DNA of 64,000 bases. Source: a bacterium (lineage in GTDB: Bacteria > UBA8248). Under the pieces are notes generated by a model. That model searched no databases. It saw only the letters and a list, made by a program, of their open reading frames with translations, and was not told the DNA's origin. This document shows, in pieces, positions 1 through 8,303 of the stretch (its first letter is position 1; each line of letters opens with the position of its first letter). Where the stretch lies: positions 736,001 through 800,000 of the forward strand of contig OZ244799.1 in assembly GCA_965219955.1 (NCBI GenBank), in the 5' to 3' direction. The translations under genes were made by a program, and so were the position numbers.

Positions 1-244
1 GGCTCATGGAGAAAAAGGGAATGAAGGGCCTCAAGCCCTCGTGGACGGCCGCGCGCGTTCGCCAGGCGTTCATGAGGCTCGTGCACAGGGTGGGGATGGA
101 GATGACGGCGATGGCCGTCGGCAAATCCCAGAAAATGGCCACGGTGGGCGTCGTGAGGGTGGCGAAGCCGAACCCGCCCACCGCCTTGAGGCCCGAACCG
201 ACGAACGCGGCGCAAAAAACCAGAATGTAGACCAGAGAACTCAA
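1..244 (-). CDS. TauE/SafE-family (sulfite exporter-like) membrane protein, 5' part; runs off the window
   Basis: Manual minus-strand translation from TTG at 244: LSSLVYILVFCAAFVGSGLKAVGGFGFATLTTPTVAIFWDLPTAIAVISIPTL... It is hydrophobic with the G-x-G-F-G motif of TauE N-termini. Not in the ORF track; start uncertain. Confidence 0.7.
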   Translation of the reverse strand, partial: MSSLVYILVFCAAFVGSGLKAVGGFGFATLTTPTVAIFWDLPTAIAVISIPTLCTSLMNAWRTRAAVHEGLRPFIPFFSMS

Positions 245-508
245 AATGACCCCGTAAAATAGAACTTTTACGCCAGGCGAGATGAGGCTGAAAGCGTCTC
301 TCGAAGACGTGAACGGCTCAATGCGAGAAATCCGCAAACATGGCGCTGAACCTTGACGCCGCTGCGATTATATCGGCATTATAACCGCCAACCCTGAGTA
401 CGGGAAATCTCACAGGCTTGTTTCATCGTCATGTGTCGGATGCCCCTTTCGACATCTGAAACCGAGCCGTCAACCACGGCTTCGGCGCACTGGAATCGAG
501 GGTTTCGA

Positions 509-1579
509 ATGGATTTTTCCTTGTTCTACATCCTGTATCGCCCCGAAGACATGACCGAGGTTCAGGTCCATGAGGATATGATCGTAGAGAGCATCCTGGC
601 GGATGAGTTGGGCTACTCTTGCGTCTGGTACGCCGAGCATCACTTCTCCCGGGTCGGGATGATCCCCGATCCGCTTCTCATCTGCGCCGCAGTCGCGCAA
701 AAGACGAAAAAAATTCACGTAGGCACGGCCATTTCCATCATGTCGTTCCACGATCCCATCCGCCTGGCCGAGCAGGCGGCCATGGTCGATCTCCTGAGCG
801 GCGGCAGGCTCGAGCTGGGTATCGGGCGCGGCTCCCAGCCCAAGGAGTTTCAGGGGTTCGGCGCCAAGCCGTCTGAAAGCCGCGAGCGCCTGAAAGAGGG
901 GCTCCATATCCTCTCCCGCCTTCTGGAAGGGGAGAAGGTGACGTTTGAGGGCCGGCATCATCAGTGCGCGGACGTCGAAATCTTCCCCAAGCCCCTGCAA
1001 AAGCCCAGGCCCCCCATCTGGCTGGCGGGAACGAGCCCCGAGACCTACACCTATGCGGGCGAGAACGGCTTCAAGGTGATGGCGTCTGCCGGCTTTACGG
1101 GTCCGGAAGTCTACAAGCAGAAGTTCGGGCTTTACGAGGACGCCATCCGAAAGTCGGGCGGCGACCCCGCCGGGATCGACAGGCCGCTCGTTCACCACAT
1201 CCATGTATGCGACGCCGAGGATGCGGACGAATGCTTCAACCTCACGGTGGAAGGCGAGGGCGAGTACCTGCGCTACCGGGCGAAGATGAACGAGGTGGAA
1301 ATGCCCGAGGAAGAGGCGAGGCACCTGAAGCGCAACTGGAGTTATGAACTGGACGTCGCCGAGATCGTCAGGGGCGGCGGCATCATCGCCGATCCGGGGG
1401 CCGTGGCCGAAGACATTTGCAGGCTGCGGGATGAGTACGGGGTCAATCACGTCATCCTGGCGCCCTGGCGCGGGCCGGACCACGCTTCGGTGATGCGCTC
1501 GATAGAGAGCTTTGCAAACGACGTCATGCCGCTGGTGAACGCCACCGCGCCCGTCGGCACAGGTGGAAGTCAGACTTGA
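509..1579 (+). CDS. LLM-class flavin-dependent oxidoreductase (luciferase-like)
   Basis: WYAEHHFS, PIRLAEQAAMVDLLSGGRLELGIGRG and PKPLQKPRPPIW motifs; start trimmed to ATG 509 (MDFSLF). Confidence 0.9.
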   Translation: MDFSLFYILYRPEDMTEVQVHEDMIVESILADELGYSCVWYAEHHFSRVGMIPDPLLICAAVAQKTKKIHVGTAISIMSFHDPIRLAEQAAMVDLLSGGRLELGIGRGSQPKEFQGFGAKPSESRERLKEGLHILSRLLEGEKVTFEGRHHQCADVEIFPKPLQKPRPPIWLAGTSPETYTYAGENGFKVMASAGFTGPEVYKQKFGLYEDAIRKSGGDPAGIDRPLVHHIHVCDAEDADECFNLTVEGEGEYLRYRAKMNEVEMPEEEARHLKRNWSYELDVAEIVRGGGIIADPGAVAEDICRLRDEYGVNHVILAPWRGPDHASVMRSIESFANDVMPLVNATAPVGTGGSQT

Positions 1580-1626
1580 TGTCTTGATGGTTTCTTTTGG
1601 TCTCAAAATTCAGGAGGCGCTTTGTC

Positions 1627-2607
1627 GTGGGAATCAGTTTTAGTCTTCATTTGGTGCCGGATGACATCCGGGTCGTGGCGGAGCGTTCGAAATACGCCGA
1701 GGACAACGGTTTCGAACAGGTCTGGATAGCGGAGAGCCACCTCACCTGCCGGGATCACAACATCGCGCTCGCCCTGGCGATAGAGAACACCTCGCACGTG
1801 AAAATCGGCCCCGGCGTGACGAATCCGGTGCTGCACGACGACAGCGTGGCGGCGAGCGCCATCGCCACGCTCGATGAACTCTCGGGCGGCCGCGTGCTGT
1901 TCGGCATCGGCTCGGGCGATACGCCCGTCTACACGCTGGGCAAGAAGATGGCCCGGCTCGCCCGGATGCGCGAATCCATCGCGGCCATACGCGCGTTCAC
2001 GCGCGGCGAGACGGTGGAATACGCCGAGGGCGTGAACGTGAACATGTGGTGTGAGCGGAATATCCCCATCTACACCTCCGCCGAAGGCCCCAGGACGCTC
2101 GCCATGTCGGCCGAAGTCGCGGAAGGCGTCATCGTGGGTTCTGGCGTCTACCAGGAGACGGTGGACTGGGTGATGAAGCACCTGAACGAGGGGATGGCGA
2201 ACCGCGATCCCTCCCTCGGCGAGATGGACGTCATATTCGGCGCGGTCGTCTCGGTGGATACCGACAGCGTGCGCGCGCGGGAGAAGGTGCGGGCGCGGGT
2301 GGCGAACCGCGCGCACCATAACTTCCGCATGACGCTCGACTCCGTGCCCGAGCCGTACAGGCCCGAAATCAAGCACCTCCTGGACAACTTCGACGTGAGC
2401 AACTGGCGGGATCCCAAGCACGTGCCCCTCATCACCGACTACATCCTGGACCGCTTCACCATCACGGGAACGCCCGAGGAGTGCGTCGACCGCATCCAGG
2501 AGATCGAGTCCTACGGGGTCAAGAGCATCATGATCGACCCCCCGAACCAGGATTTCGACGAATCTCTCAGAATGTTCACCGAAGAGGTTTTGCCCAGGTG
2601 CGTATGA
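1627..2607 (+). CDS. LLM-class oxidoreductase, Mer-like (possibly F420-dependent)
   Basis: IGPGVTNP, ATLDELSGGRVLFGIGSGD and GPRTL motifs; GTG start at 1627 after AGGAGG. Confidence 0.85.
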   Translation: MGISFSLHLVPDDIRVVAERSKYAEDNGFEQVWIAESHLTCRDHNIALALAIENTSHVKIGPGVTNPVLHDDSVAASAIATLDELSGGRVLFGIGSGDTPVYTLGKKMARLARMRESIAAIRAFTRGETVEYAEGVNVNMWCERNIPIYTSAEGPRTLAMSAEVAEGVIVGSGVYQETVDWVMKHLNEGMANRDPSLGEMDVIFGAVVSVDTDSVRAREKVRARVANRAHHNFRMTLDSVPEPYRPEIKHLLDNFDVSNWRDPKHVPLITDYILDRFTITGTPEECVDRIQEIESYGVKSIMIDPPNQDFDESLRMFTEEVLPRCV

Positions 2608-2655
2608 CCGCATCCCGGGCGGAATCGACCGCCTTTTTCATATGAGGAACCCAAC

Positions 2656-3054
2656 ATGGCGCTGATACCCGATTCTCATGCCGGCATTCTCGACACCAAG
2701 GCCCTCCTGTATCTGGGCACCCAGAACAAGGACGGCTCCCCGCAGGTTTCTCCCGTGTGGTTCGGCACCAACGGCGACATCATCGAGGTCAATTCGGCCA
2801 AGGGCCGCCTGAAGGACCTGAACATGCGGGCGCGCCCGCAGGTGTCCATCGCCATCGTCGACCCCGAAAACGCCTACAGGTGGGTGGGGATACAGGGTAC
2901 GGTGGTGGAGATCACCGAAAACGGGGCGGAGGAGCACATCGACGTCCTGGCGAACAAGTACCTGGGGGTGGACAGCTACCCGAACCGCCAGGAGGGGCAG
3001 GTGCGCGTGATCTACCGCATCCGGGCGGACAAGGTGTTCACCATGGGCGCGTAA
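2656..3054 (+). CDS. PPOX-class (split-barrel) putative F420-dependent oxidoreductase
   Basis: LGTQNKDGSPQVSPVWF...KDLNMRARPQVSIAIVDPENAYRWVGIQG matches the pyridoxamine-oxidase-like F420 family pattern; GAGG RBS. Confidence 0.85.
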   Translation: MALIPDSHAGILDTKALLYLGTQNKDGSPQVSPVWFGTNGDIIEVNSAKGRLKDLNMRARPQVSIAIVDPENAYRWVGIQGTVVEITENGAEEHIDVLANKYLGVDSYPNRQEGQVRVIYRIRADKVFTMGA

Positions 3055-3099
3055 GCCGCCCGGCGCGCACGATTTTTGTACGGGACGGAGACCTGAAAG

Positions 3100-4155
3100 A
3101 TGAAATTCTCGCTTTTCTATATTCCTGCTTGTCAGGAGGGAGAAAGCTACAAGCACGAGTTCGATCAGCTGATCGAACAATGCGAGGTGGCCGACGGACT
3201 CGGCTACGACACGGTGTTCCTCGCCGAGCACCACTTCTCCCGCGTGGGCATGTGCCCCGACGCCCTGATGGTCGCGCTCGCCATCGCGCAGCGAACGAAG
3301 AAGATCAGGATCGGCACGGCCATCTGCATCATGCCGTTCCACAACCCGGTGCGTCTGGCGGAGCAGGCCGCCCTGGTCGACGTGCTGAGCGGCGGCCGCC
3401 TGGAGTTGGGCGTCGGCAGAGGCTCCCAGCCCAAGGAGTTCCAGGGCTTCAACATCTCGCCGTCCGAGAGCAGGGAGAAGATGCAGGAGGGACTCGAGGT
3501 GATGACGCGCCTGCTGGAGGGCGAATGCCTCACCTATCACGGGAAGCACTACAGCTGCGTCGACGCGGAGATTTTCCCCAAACCCATCCAGAAGCCGCGC
3601 CCTCCCATCTGGCTGGCCGGCACGAGCCCCGAAACCTACGTCTTCGCGGGCCAGAGAGGGTACAACATCATGGCGTCGGGCACCTTCAAGGGGCCGGACG
3701 TGTATCTCGAGAAAATGGCGCTCTTCCAGGAGACGGTGCGGAACCGCGGCGGCGACCCGAGCGATTATCCCTCCCTCATGGCGCACCACGTCCACGTGTG
3801 CGACGACCCCGAACACGCCTGGCGGCAGATCGAACCCTCCGAATCCTGGTATCTCTCCTACCGCAGCGCGGTGAATTCCATCGAGATGCCGCTGGAGGAG
3901 AAAGAGGCCCTCAAGCGCAACTGGAGCTACGACGTCGACATCCGCCAGGTCATCGAGGGCGGCGGCGTCATCGGTCCGCCCGAGAAGGTGATCGCCGATC
4001 TCAAGCGGCTCCAGAAGGAGTTCCAGGTGAATCACATCATGATCTTCGTGCTGCGCGGCATCGCGCAGGACGAGGCGATTCAGTCGATAGAGCGGTTTGC
4101 GAAAGAGGTGATGCCCGCGTTCGCCGAAGAGCGCGCGGCGAGTTCCAGCGAATAA
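3100..4155 (+). CDS. LLM-class flavin-dependent oxidoreductase, paralog of 509-1579
   Basis: FLAEHHFS and RLAEQAALVDVLSGGRLELGVGRG; shares GSQPKEFQGF and LKRNWSY blocks with 509-1579. Confidence 0.9.
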   Translation: MKFSLFYIPACQEGESYKHEFDQLIEQCEVADGLGYDTVFLAEHHFSRVGMCPDALMVALAIAQRTKKIRIGTAICIMPFHNPVRLAEQAALVDVLSGGRLELGVGRGSQPKEFQGFNISPSESREKMQEGLEVMTRLLEGECLTYHGKHYSCVDAEIFPKPIQKPRPPIWLAGTSPETYVFAGQRGYNIMASGTFKGPDVYLEKMALFQETVRNRGGDPSDYPSLMAHHVHVCDDPEHAWRQIEPSESWYLSYRSAVNSIEMPLEEKEALKRNWSYDVDIRQVIEGGGVIGPPEKVIADLKRLQKEFQVNHIMIFVLRGIAQDEAIQSIERFAKEVMPAFAEERAASSSE

Positions 4156-4179
4156 CACCGGTATCGAGGAGAACGGAGA

Positions 4180-4779
4180 ATGTGGATATCCCCCTTAAGG
4201 CTGAATGACGCCCAGGAACCCGCGCGCGGGATTCTCGAGGGCATCCGGGCGAAACGAGGCGCGGTTCCCAAGCTGCTGCTCACGATGGCGCGCAGGCCCG
4301 AAGTGCTGAACGGACGCCAGACGATGAACATGGCCGTCCACGGCGGCAATTCGACGCTGGGCCAGAGGCGCGAGGAGCTGATCTCCTACTACGTCGCCAC
4401 CATCGGCGGGTGCTATGGCTGAACGATGAACCATGGCCAGGCTTTCCGTGCTGAAAGCGGCGACGACGTAACGCTGGCCGACGTGGCCACCGTGGTGACG
4501 GACAGGGACAATTCCCCGGCCCTCGACGATGCCGACAAGGCGATGCTCGCCTTCGCCGAAAAACTCACGTTCGACCACTACGCCATGAGCGAGGCGGACC
4601 TGGACGAGTTGCGCGAGGCGGGCTTCTCGGATGAGAACGTGCTGGACATCATCGGCTCCGTCTCGTACCGGAACATGAGCAACCGGCTGAACATCGCGCT
4701 CGGCCTGGACGCCATAGAACCCGAAGGCCCCGACGAGTTGATGGAGGTGGTGCGCTTCTCCCGAACCGCGCGGGCTTGA
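4180..4779 (+). CDS. AhpD/carboxymuconolactone-decarboxylase-family peroxidase-related protein, candidate selenoprotein (TGA 4420-4422 = Sec)
   Basis: ORFs 4180-4422 and 4426-4779 are in frame. The joined sequence EELISYYVATIGGCYG(U)TMNHG restores the AhpD E-x-C-x-x-C-x-x-x-H motif. C-terminal KAMLAFAEKLT...LREAGFSDENVLDII...NMSNRLNIALG is typical of the family. Confidence 0.85.
4436..4461 (+). promoter_or_regulatory. Putative bacterial SECIS hairpin
   Basis: GCC-[AG bulge]-GCTTTC-(CGTGCT)-GAAAGC-GGC; the G-containing apical loop starts 25 nt after the TGA. Confidence 0.6.
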
Positions 4780-4899
4780 AATCGTACATCCGTTCGCCGG
4801 CCGGGCAGGTCCGGGCCGGTGATTACCAGGCAAAATAATTGCCATCGTTCATTTGCGGCCCTCTGCGGACGCGATACAAAGCAGAAAGGAACAGTTTCC

Positions 4900-5670
4900 A
4901 TGTCAGACCTCACCATCCGTCCGCTGAACTGCGGCACCATTCACACGGATTACTCCAATATGGTGTATTGGACGAACTTCGGGACGAAACTCGAGATTCC
5001 CTCGTTCATCTACATGATCGAGGGGGCGAAGGACCACGACGGAAACGACGTGAAGGTCGTGGTCGACACCAGTTTCCTGGACCCCGAGCGCGGCGGCGCA
5101 CCCTGGCCCGCCAGCCGGGAACCCGGCCAGGGCGTGCGCGATCAGCTCGAAGGAGCGGGCTGGAAGCCCGAGGAAGTGGACATCCTCATCCTCACGCACC
5201 TCCACTGGGACCATTCGCAGAACTGCGACCTGTTCACCAACGCGATCAAGTACGTCTGGGCGGAGGAGCTTCAATACTCCATGTGCCCGGTGGCGCTGCA
5301 GGCGAAGCCCTACGACGCGCCGATCCACCCCAACACCCGCTGGCCGGTGATCGCCCAGCAGGGCATCATTTTCGAGCCCATCTGGAAGGACAATACCGAG
5401 ATCGTGCCGGGCGTCACCTATTTCCACACGCCGGGCCACACGCCGGGGCACTGCTCGGTCGCCGTGGAGACGCGCGTGGGCACCTACGTCATCGCCGCCG
5501 ACGTCATCCAGATCAACGAAGGCCTCGAGCGCCGTGTTCCCGCCGGCCAGATGTCGAGCATGCGCGACGCGATGGACTCCATCCACAAGTGCATCGAACG
5601 CGCCACGAAGGAGGAATACATCCTGCCCGGGCACGAGATTTCCGTGCTGGAGAAGGAAGTCTATCCATAG
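4900..5670 (+). CDS. Metallo-beta-lactamase-fold hydrolase, N-acyl-homoserine-lactonase-like
   Basis: THLHWDH, TPGHTPGH, AADV and PGHE metal ligands; ATG 4900 after AAAGGA. Confidence 0.85.
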   Translation: MSDLTIRPLNCGTIHTDYSNMVYWTNFGTKLEIPSFIYMIEGAKDHDGNDVKVVVDTSFLDPERGGAPWPASREPGQGVRDQLEGAGWKPEEVDILILTHLHWDHSQNCDLFTNAIKYVWAEELQYSMCPVALQAKPYDAPIHPNTRWPVIAQQGIIFEPIWKDNTEIVPGVTYFHTPGHTPGHCSVAVETRVGTYVIAADVIQINEGLERRVPAGQMSSMRDAMDSIHKCIERATKEEYILPGHEISVLEKEVYP

Positions 5671-5723
5671 GGGCGGATAACGCTCGCCGGTATGAGCGGG
5701 TGTCTGCATAAGGAGGATTCACG

Positions 5724-6101
5724 ATGGCGATGAGCGAGCGGGGCAGGGCCTTGTACGAGGAGATGAAGGCGGCGCGGGGGTTCATCTACCCGGCGTACGA
5801 ACTCCTGTGCGAGGTGGACCCGGAGCTTCTGGAGAACTACGAGAACCTGAAGAACCACATCATGAAGAAACAGGGCCCCTTTCACGAAAAATACAAGGAG
5901 CTCTTCATCGCCGTGGCGAGCGCCTCGCGCGACCCCTCCGACACCGAGGGCATCAAGAACCACCTCAAAAAGGCGCTGCAGCTCGGCGCGACCGTCGAGG
6001 AGGCGACCGAAGCGCTCGAGTGCATGCTGCCCCCCTGCGGCATGACGGCGCTCGTGGCCGGCTGCACGCAGCTCAAAGAGGTGATCGACGAGGGGTACTA
6101 G
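5724..6101 (+). CDS. Carboxymuconolactone decarboxylase (CMD) family protein
   Basis: KYKELFIAVASA...IKNHLKKALQLGATVEEATEAL pattern; AAGGAGG RBS. Confidence 0.8.
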   Translation: MAMSERGRALYEEMKAARGFIYPAYELLCEVDPELLENYENLKNHIMKKQGPFHEKYKELFIAVASASRDPSDTEGIKNHLKKALQLGATVEEATEALECMLPPCGMTALVAGCTQLKEVIDEGY

Positions 6102-6123
6102 AAGCAGGACTGAAAGCGGTTCG

Positions 6124-6157
6124 ACCGGGGGAGCCTGAAAACTCCCCCGGTTTTTTT
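6124..6157 (+). terminator. Rho-independent terminator closing the LLM operon
   Basis: ACCGGGGGAG-loop-CTCCCCCGGT followed by a T run. Confidence 0.85.
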
Positions 6158-6210
6158 GTGTGTGAGGGATGATGGTTCGAACATCGCTTCCTGCTGGTGC
6201 TGGAATTCTT

Positions 6211-6885
6211 TTCACTCCCCCCTTGAGGGGTCTGTTGAAAAAGTCCTGTCCGACCCTCGAGATTGTTCGCCGTAGGGACAGGCCTCCGTGCCTGTCCTGA
6301 CGAAGGACAACCACGAAGAGCAGGACAGGCACGGAGGCCTGTCCCTACAAAACCATCACGTCTGCGCCGCATGAACCTCCTTGCCGCCGATCCCGCATCA
6401 GGCTTTTTCAACAACCCCTTTGAGGGTCTGTTGAAAAAGTCCTCACATCTCTCTCGTCCTGAGTAGCGGCCCCTCGACTTCGCTCGGGGCAGGCTTTGCC
6501 CCCCATCTTCCTCATCCTGAGTAGCCGCCGAAGGCGGCGTATCGAAGGTCAATCGCGCCCAATGAGGAAGCGATTGCTCCGCATGTCGGAAGACGCCTTC
6601 CATCCTTCGATACGGCGCTTACGCGCCTACTCAGGATGAGGTTTTATGGCCACCTGCGCGGTAGGAAGGAGGGCCGCCGCGTAATCCCAATATGACCCGC
6701 TCCCGAATCAGGCTTCTTCAACAACCCCTCAAGGGGGAGTGGATTTCCCTGCTCCCTGGATGGCAAAGCCCTCAAGCGGGGAGGAATTGAACCTCTTGCG
6801 AACCTGCAGGGGGACCGGTCGCGTCTCCCTGCCACTTCCGTGGTTGTCCCTCAACAGGACAGGCGCGGGGGCCTGTCCCTGCCTC
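6211..6885. repeat. Composite intergenic repeat cluster (two tandem GTTGAAAA-TIR units, GTAG-type REPs, CCTCATCCTGAG hairpin element)
   Basis: TIR units at 6228-6418 and 6424-6728; the first is closely related to 54528-54738; multiple palindromes. Confidence 0.85.
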
Positions 6886-6951
6886 CGGCTACTCCAGGGT
6901 GAAAATCAATTTCCACCATGCTTTTCCCCCGGGAGTTGCGCATTCGCGATA

Positions 6952-6974
6952 AAGATGTATATAATATATATGTT
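6952..6974. promoter_or_regulatory. NsrR-type operator (11-1-11 inverted repeat)
   Basis: AAGATGTATAT-A-ATATATATGTT resembles the NsrR consensus AAGATGCATTTnAAATGCATCTT; lies immediately before the RBS of the Rrf2 gene. Confidence 0.75.
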
Positions 6975-6989
6975 TAGGAGGCGTGCTCC

Positions 6990-7430
6990 ATGCGGCTGAC
7001 CGTTCAGACAGACTATGCCCTCAGGATGCTGATGCATCTGGCCTGCCGCGCCGGTGCCCTGGTGACGATCCACGAGATCGCCGAGCGGTACGGGATCTCG
7101 AAAAACCACCTGGTGAAGGTCGCGCACGGGCTGGGCCGCGCGGGGTTCATTGAAACGCTCCGCGGGCGAAGCGGCGGCCTCAGGCTCGCCAGGCCGGCGG
7201 AGGAAATCCCCGTCGGGACGGTGGCGAGGCACACCGAACAAAACAGCGCCCTCGTCGAGTGTTTTCCGGGCGGAAGCGGGGGGTGCCTGGTGATGCCGCA
7301 CTGCAAACTGAAGGGCGTTCTGGCCGAAGCGCAGGAAGCCTTTTTCGCCGTTCTGGATCGCTATACCGTCCACGATCTGGTGAAACGCAATCCGGCGCTT
7401 CTCGAATTGCTTGCAGGAGACGGCGCATGA
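6990..7430 (+). CDS. nsrR: Rrf2-family NO-sensing transcriptional repressor (NsrR-like)
   Basis: MRLTVQTDYALRMLMHLA, ISKNHLVKV, RGRSGGLRLA and three Fe-S Cys (LVECF...GCLVMPHC). Confidence 0.8.
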   Translation: MRLTVQTDYALRMLMHLACRAGALVTIHEIAERYGISKNHLVKVAHGLGRAGFIETLRGRSGGLRLARPAEEIPVGTVARHTEQNSALVECFPGGSGGCLVMPHCKLKGVLAEAQEAFFAVLDRYTVHDLVKRNPALLELLAGDGA

Positions 7431-7876
7431 ACACCACGCATCTCAAAATCGTGGGAGAACGCCGGGCCGAGGTCCAGGCGAAAGCCGCCGCGATGGGGAT
7501 CGACGAGGCTTACGTCTCCGAACTCGTGAATGCCTTCTACAGCCGCGTCCGTGAAGACCGGCTGCTCGGGCCGATATTCGATGACGCCATCCGCGACAAC
7601 TGGGGGCATCACCTCGAGAAGATGAAGGATTTCTGGGCGACGGTGGCCTTGAACGCCGGGCGCTACTCGGGGGAGCCGATTCAGGCCCACAAGAAACTCG
7701 TGGAGGTCCAGCCGTGGCATTTCGACGTCTGGCTGGAAATGTTCGAAGAAACCTTGAAAGACACGGCGCCGACGCCGGAGGCGGCCGTCTATTTCATGGA
7801 GTACGCCGCGCAAATCGCCAAGGGGCTTCGAATCGCCATGTACGGCGCGGGCGGTTCCGGGCATCCGGTGGCGTGA
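7427..7876 (+). CDS. Group III truncated hemoglobin
   Basis: LVNAFYSRVREDRLLGPIF...WGHHLEKMKDFW...YSGEPIQAH...HFDVWLEMF; ATGA overlap with the upstream stop. Confidence 0.9.
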   Translation: MNTTHLKIVGERRAEVQAKAAAMGIDEAYVSELVNAFYSRVREDRLLGPIFDDAIRDNWGHHLEKMKDFWATVALNAGRYSGEPIQAHKKLVEVQPWHFDVWLEMFEETLKDTAPTPEAAVYFMEYAAQIAKGLRIAMYGAGGSGHPVA

Positions 7877-7961
7877 GCAATGATGCGGCATTTATCCTCG
7901 CGCCCATGTTCCGTGCCGCCGGCATCGGCGCATCACGCAATACCGGCAAGGAGGGTTCACT

Positions 7962-8243
7962 ATGAATGAGAGTGTTCCGGACGGGCTCGTCAAGTACTTC
8001 GAAAGCGAAGTCTTCACCGAGAAGACGGTTCCTGAAAGACTCCTGACCCTGCACGACACGAAGCCGGGAATATGGGCCCGAATCGTGGTGCTCGAAGGCC
8101 GCCTCGACTATGTCGTTCCCGATTTGCCCGAGCGGAACCGCCGCCTGGAATCAGGCGATTACGGCGTCATCCGGCCCGCCGAACCCCACCGCGTGGAACT
8201 CCTCGGAAAAGTCAGCTTCAAGCTGGAATTTCTGGGCGCGTAG
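7962..8243 (+). CDS. DUF1971 / YeaR-TehB N-terminal cupin-like protein
   Basis: FTEKTVPERLLTLHDTKPGIWARIVVLEGRLDY...PAEPHRVE. Confidence 0.8.
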   Translation: MNESVPDGLVKYFESEVFTEKTVPERLLTLHDTKPGIWARIVVLEGRLDYVVPDLPERNRRLESGDYGVIRPAEPHRVELLGKVSFKLEFLGA

Positions 8244-8262
8244 ACGCGGAGGACGCGGATGA

Positions 8263-8290
8263 GCAGGGGTGGTTCGCGAACCGCCCCTAC
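8263..8290. repeat. Single GTAG-type REP palindrome between convergent genes
   Basis: GCAGGGGTGGTTCGCGAACCGCCCCTAC; perfect version GTAGGGGCGGTTCGCGAACCGCCCCTAC at 50901-50928. Confidence 0.75.
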
Positions 8291-8303
8291 GGACTCAACC
8301 TTT

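Noticed and set aside
509-4155. Bioluminescence lux operon
   Set aside because: No luxCDE or luxG; generic LLM motifs only.
4420-4422. Nonsense-mutation pseudogene or two separate genes
   Set aside because: The stop sits precisely at the catalytic Cys column, is TGA, has a downstream hairpin, and both halves look intact. Sec recoding is more parsimonious, though unproven.
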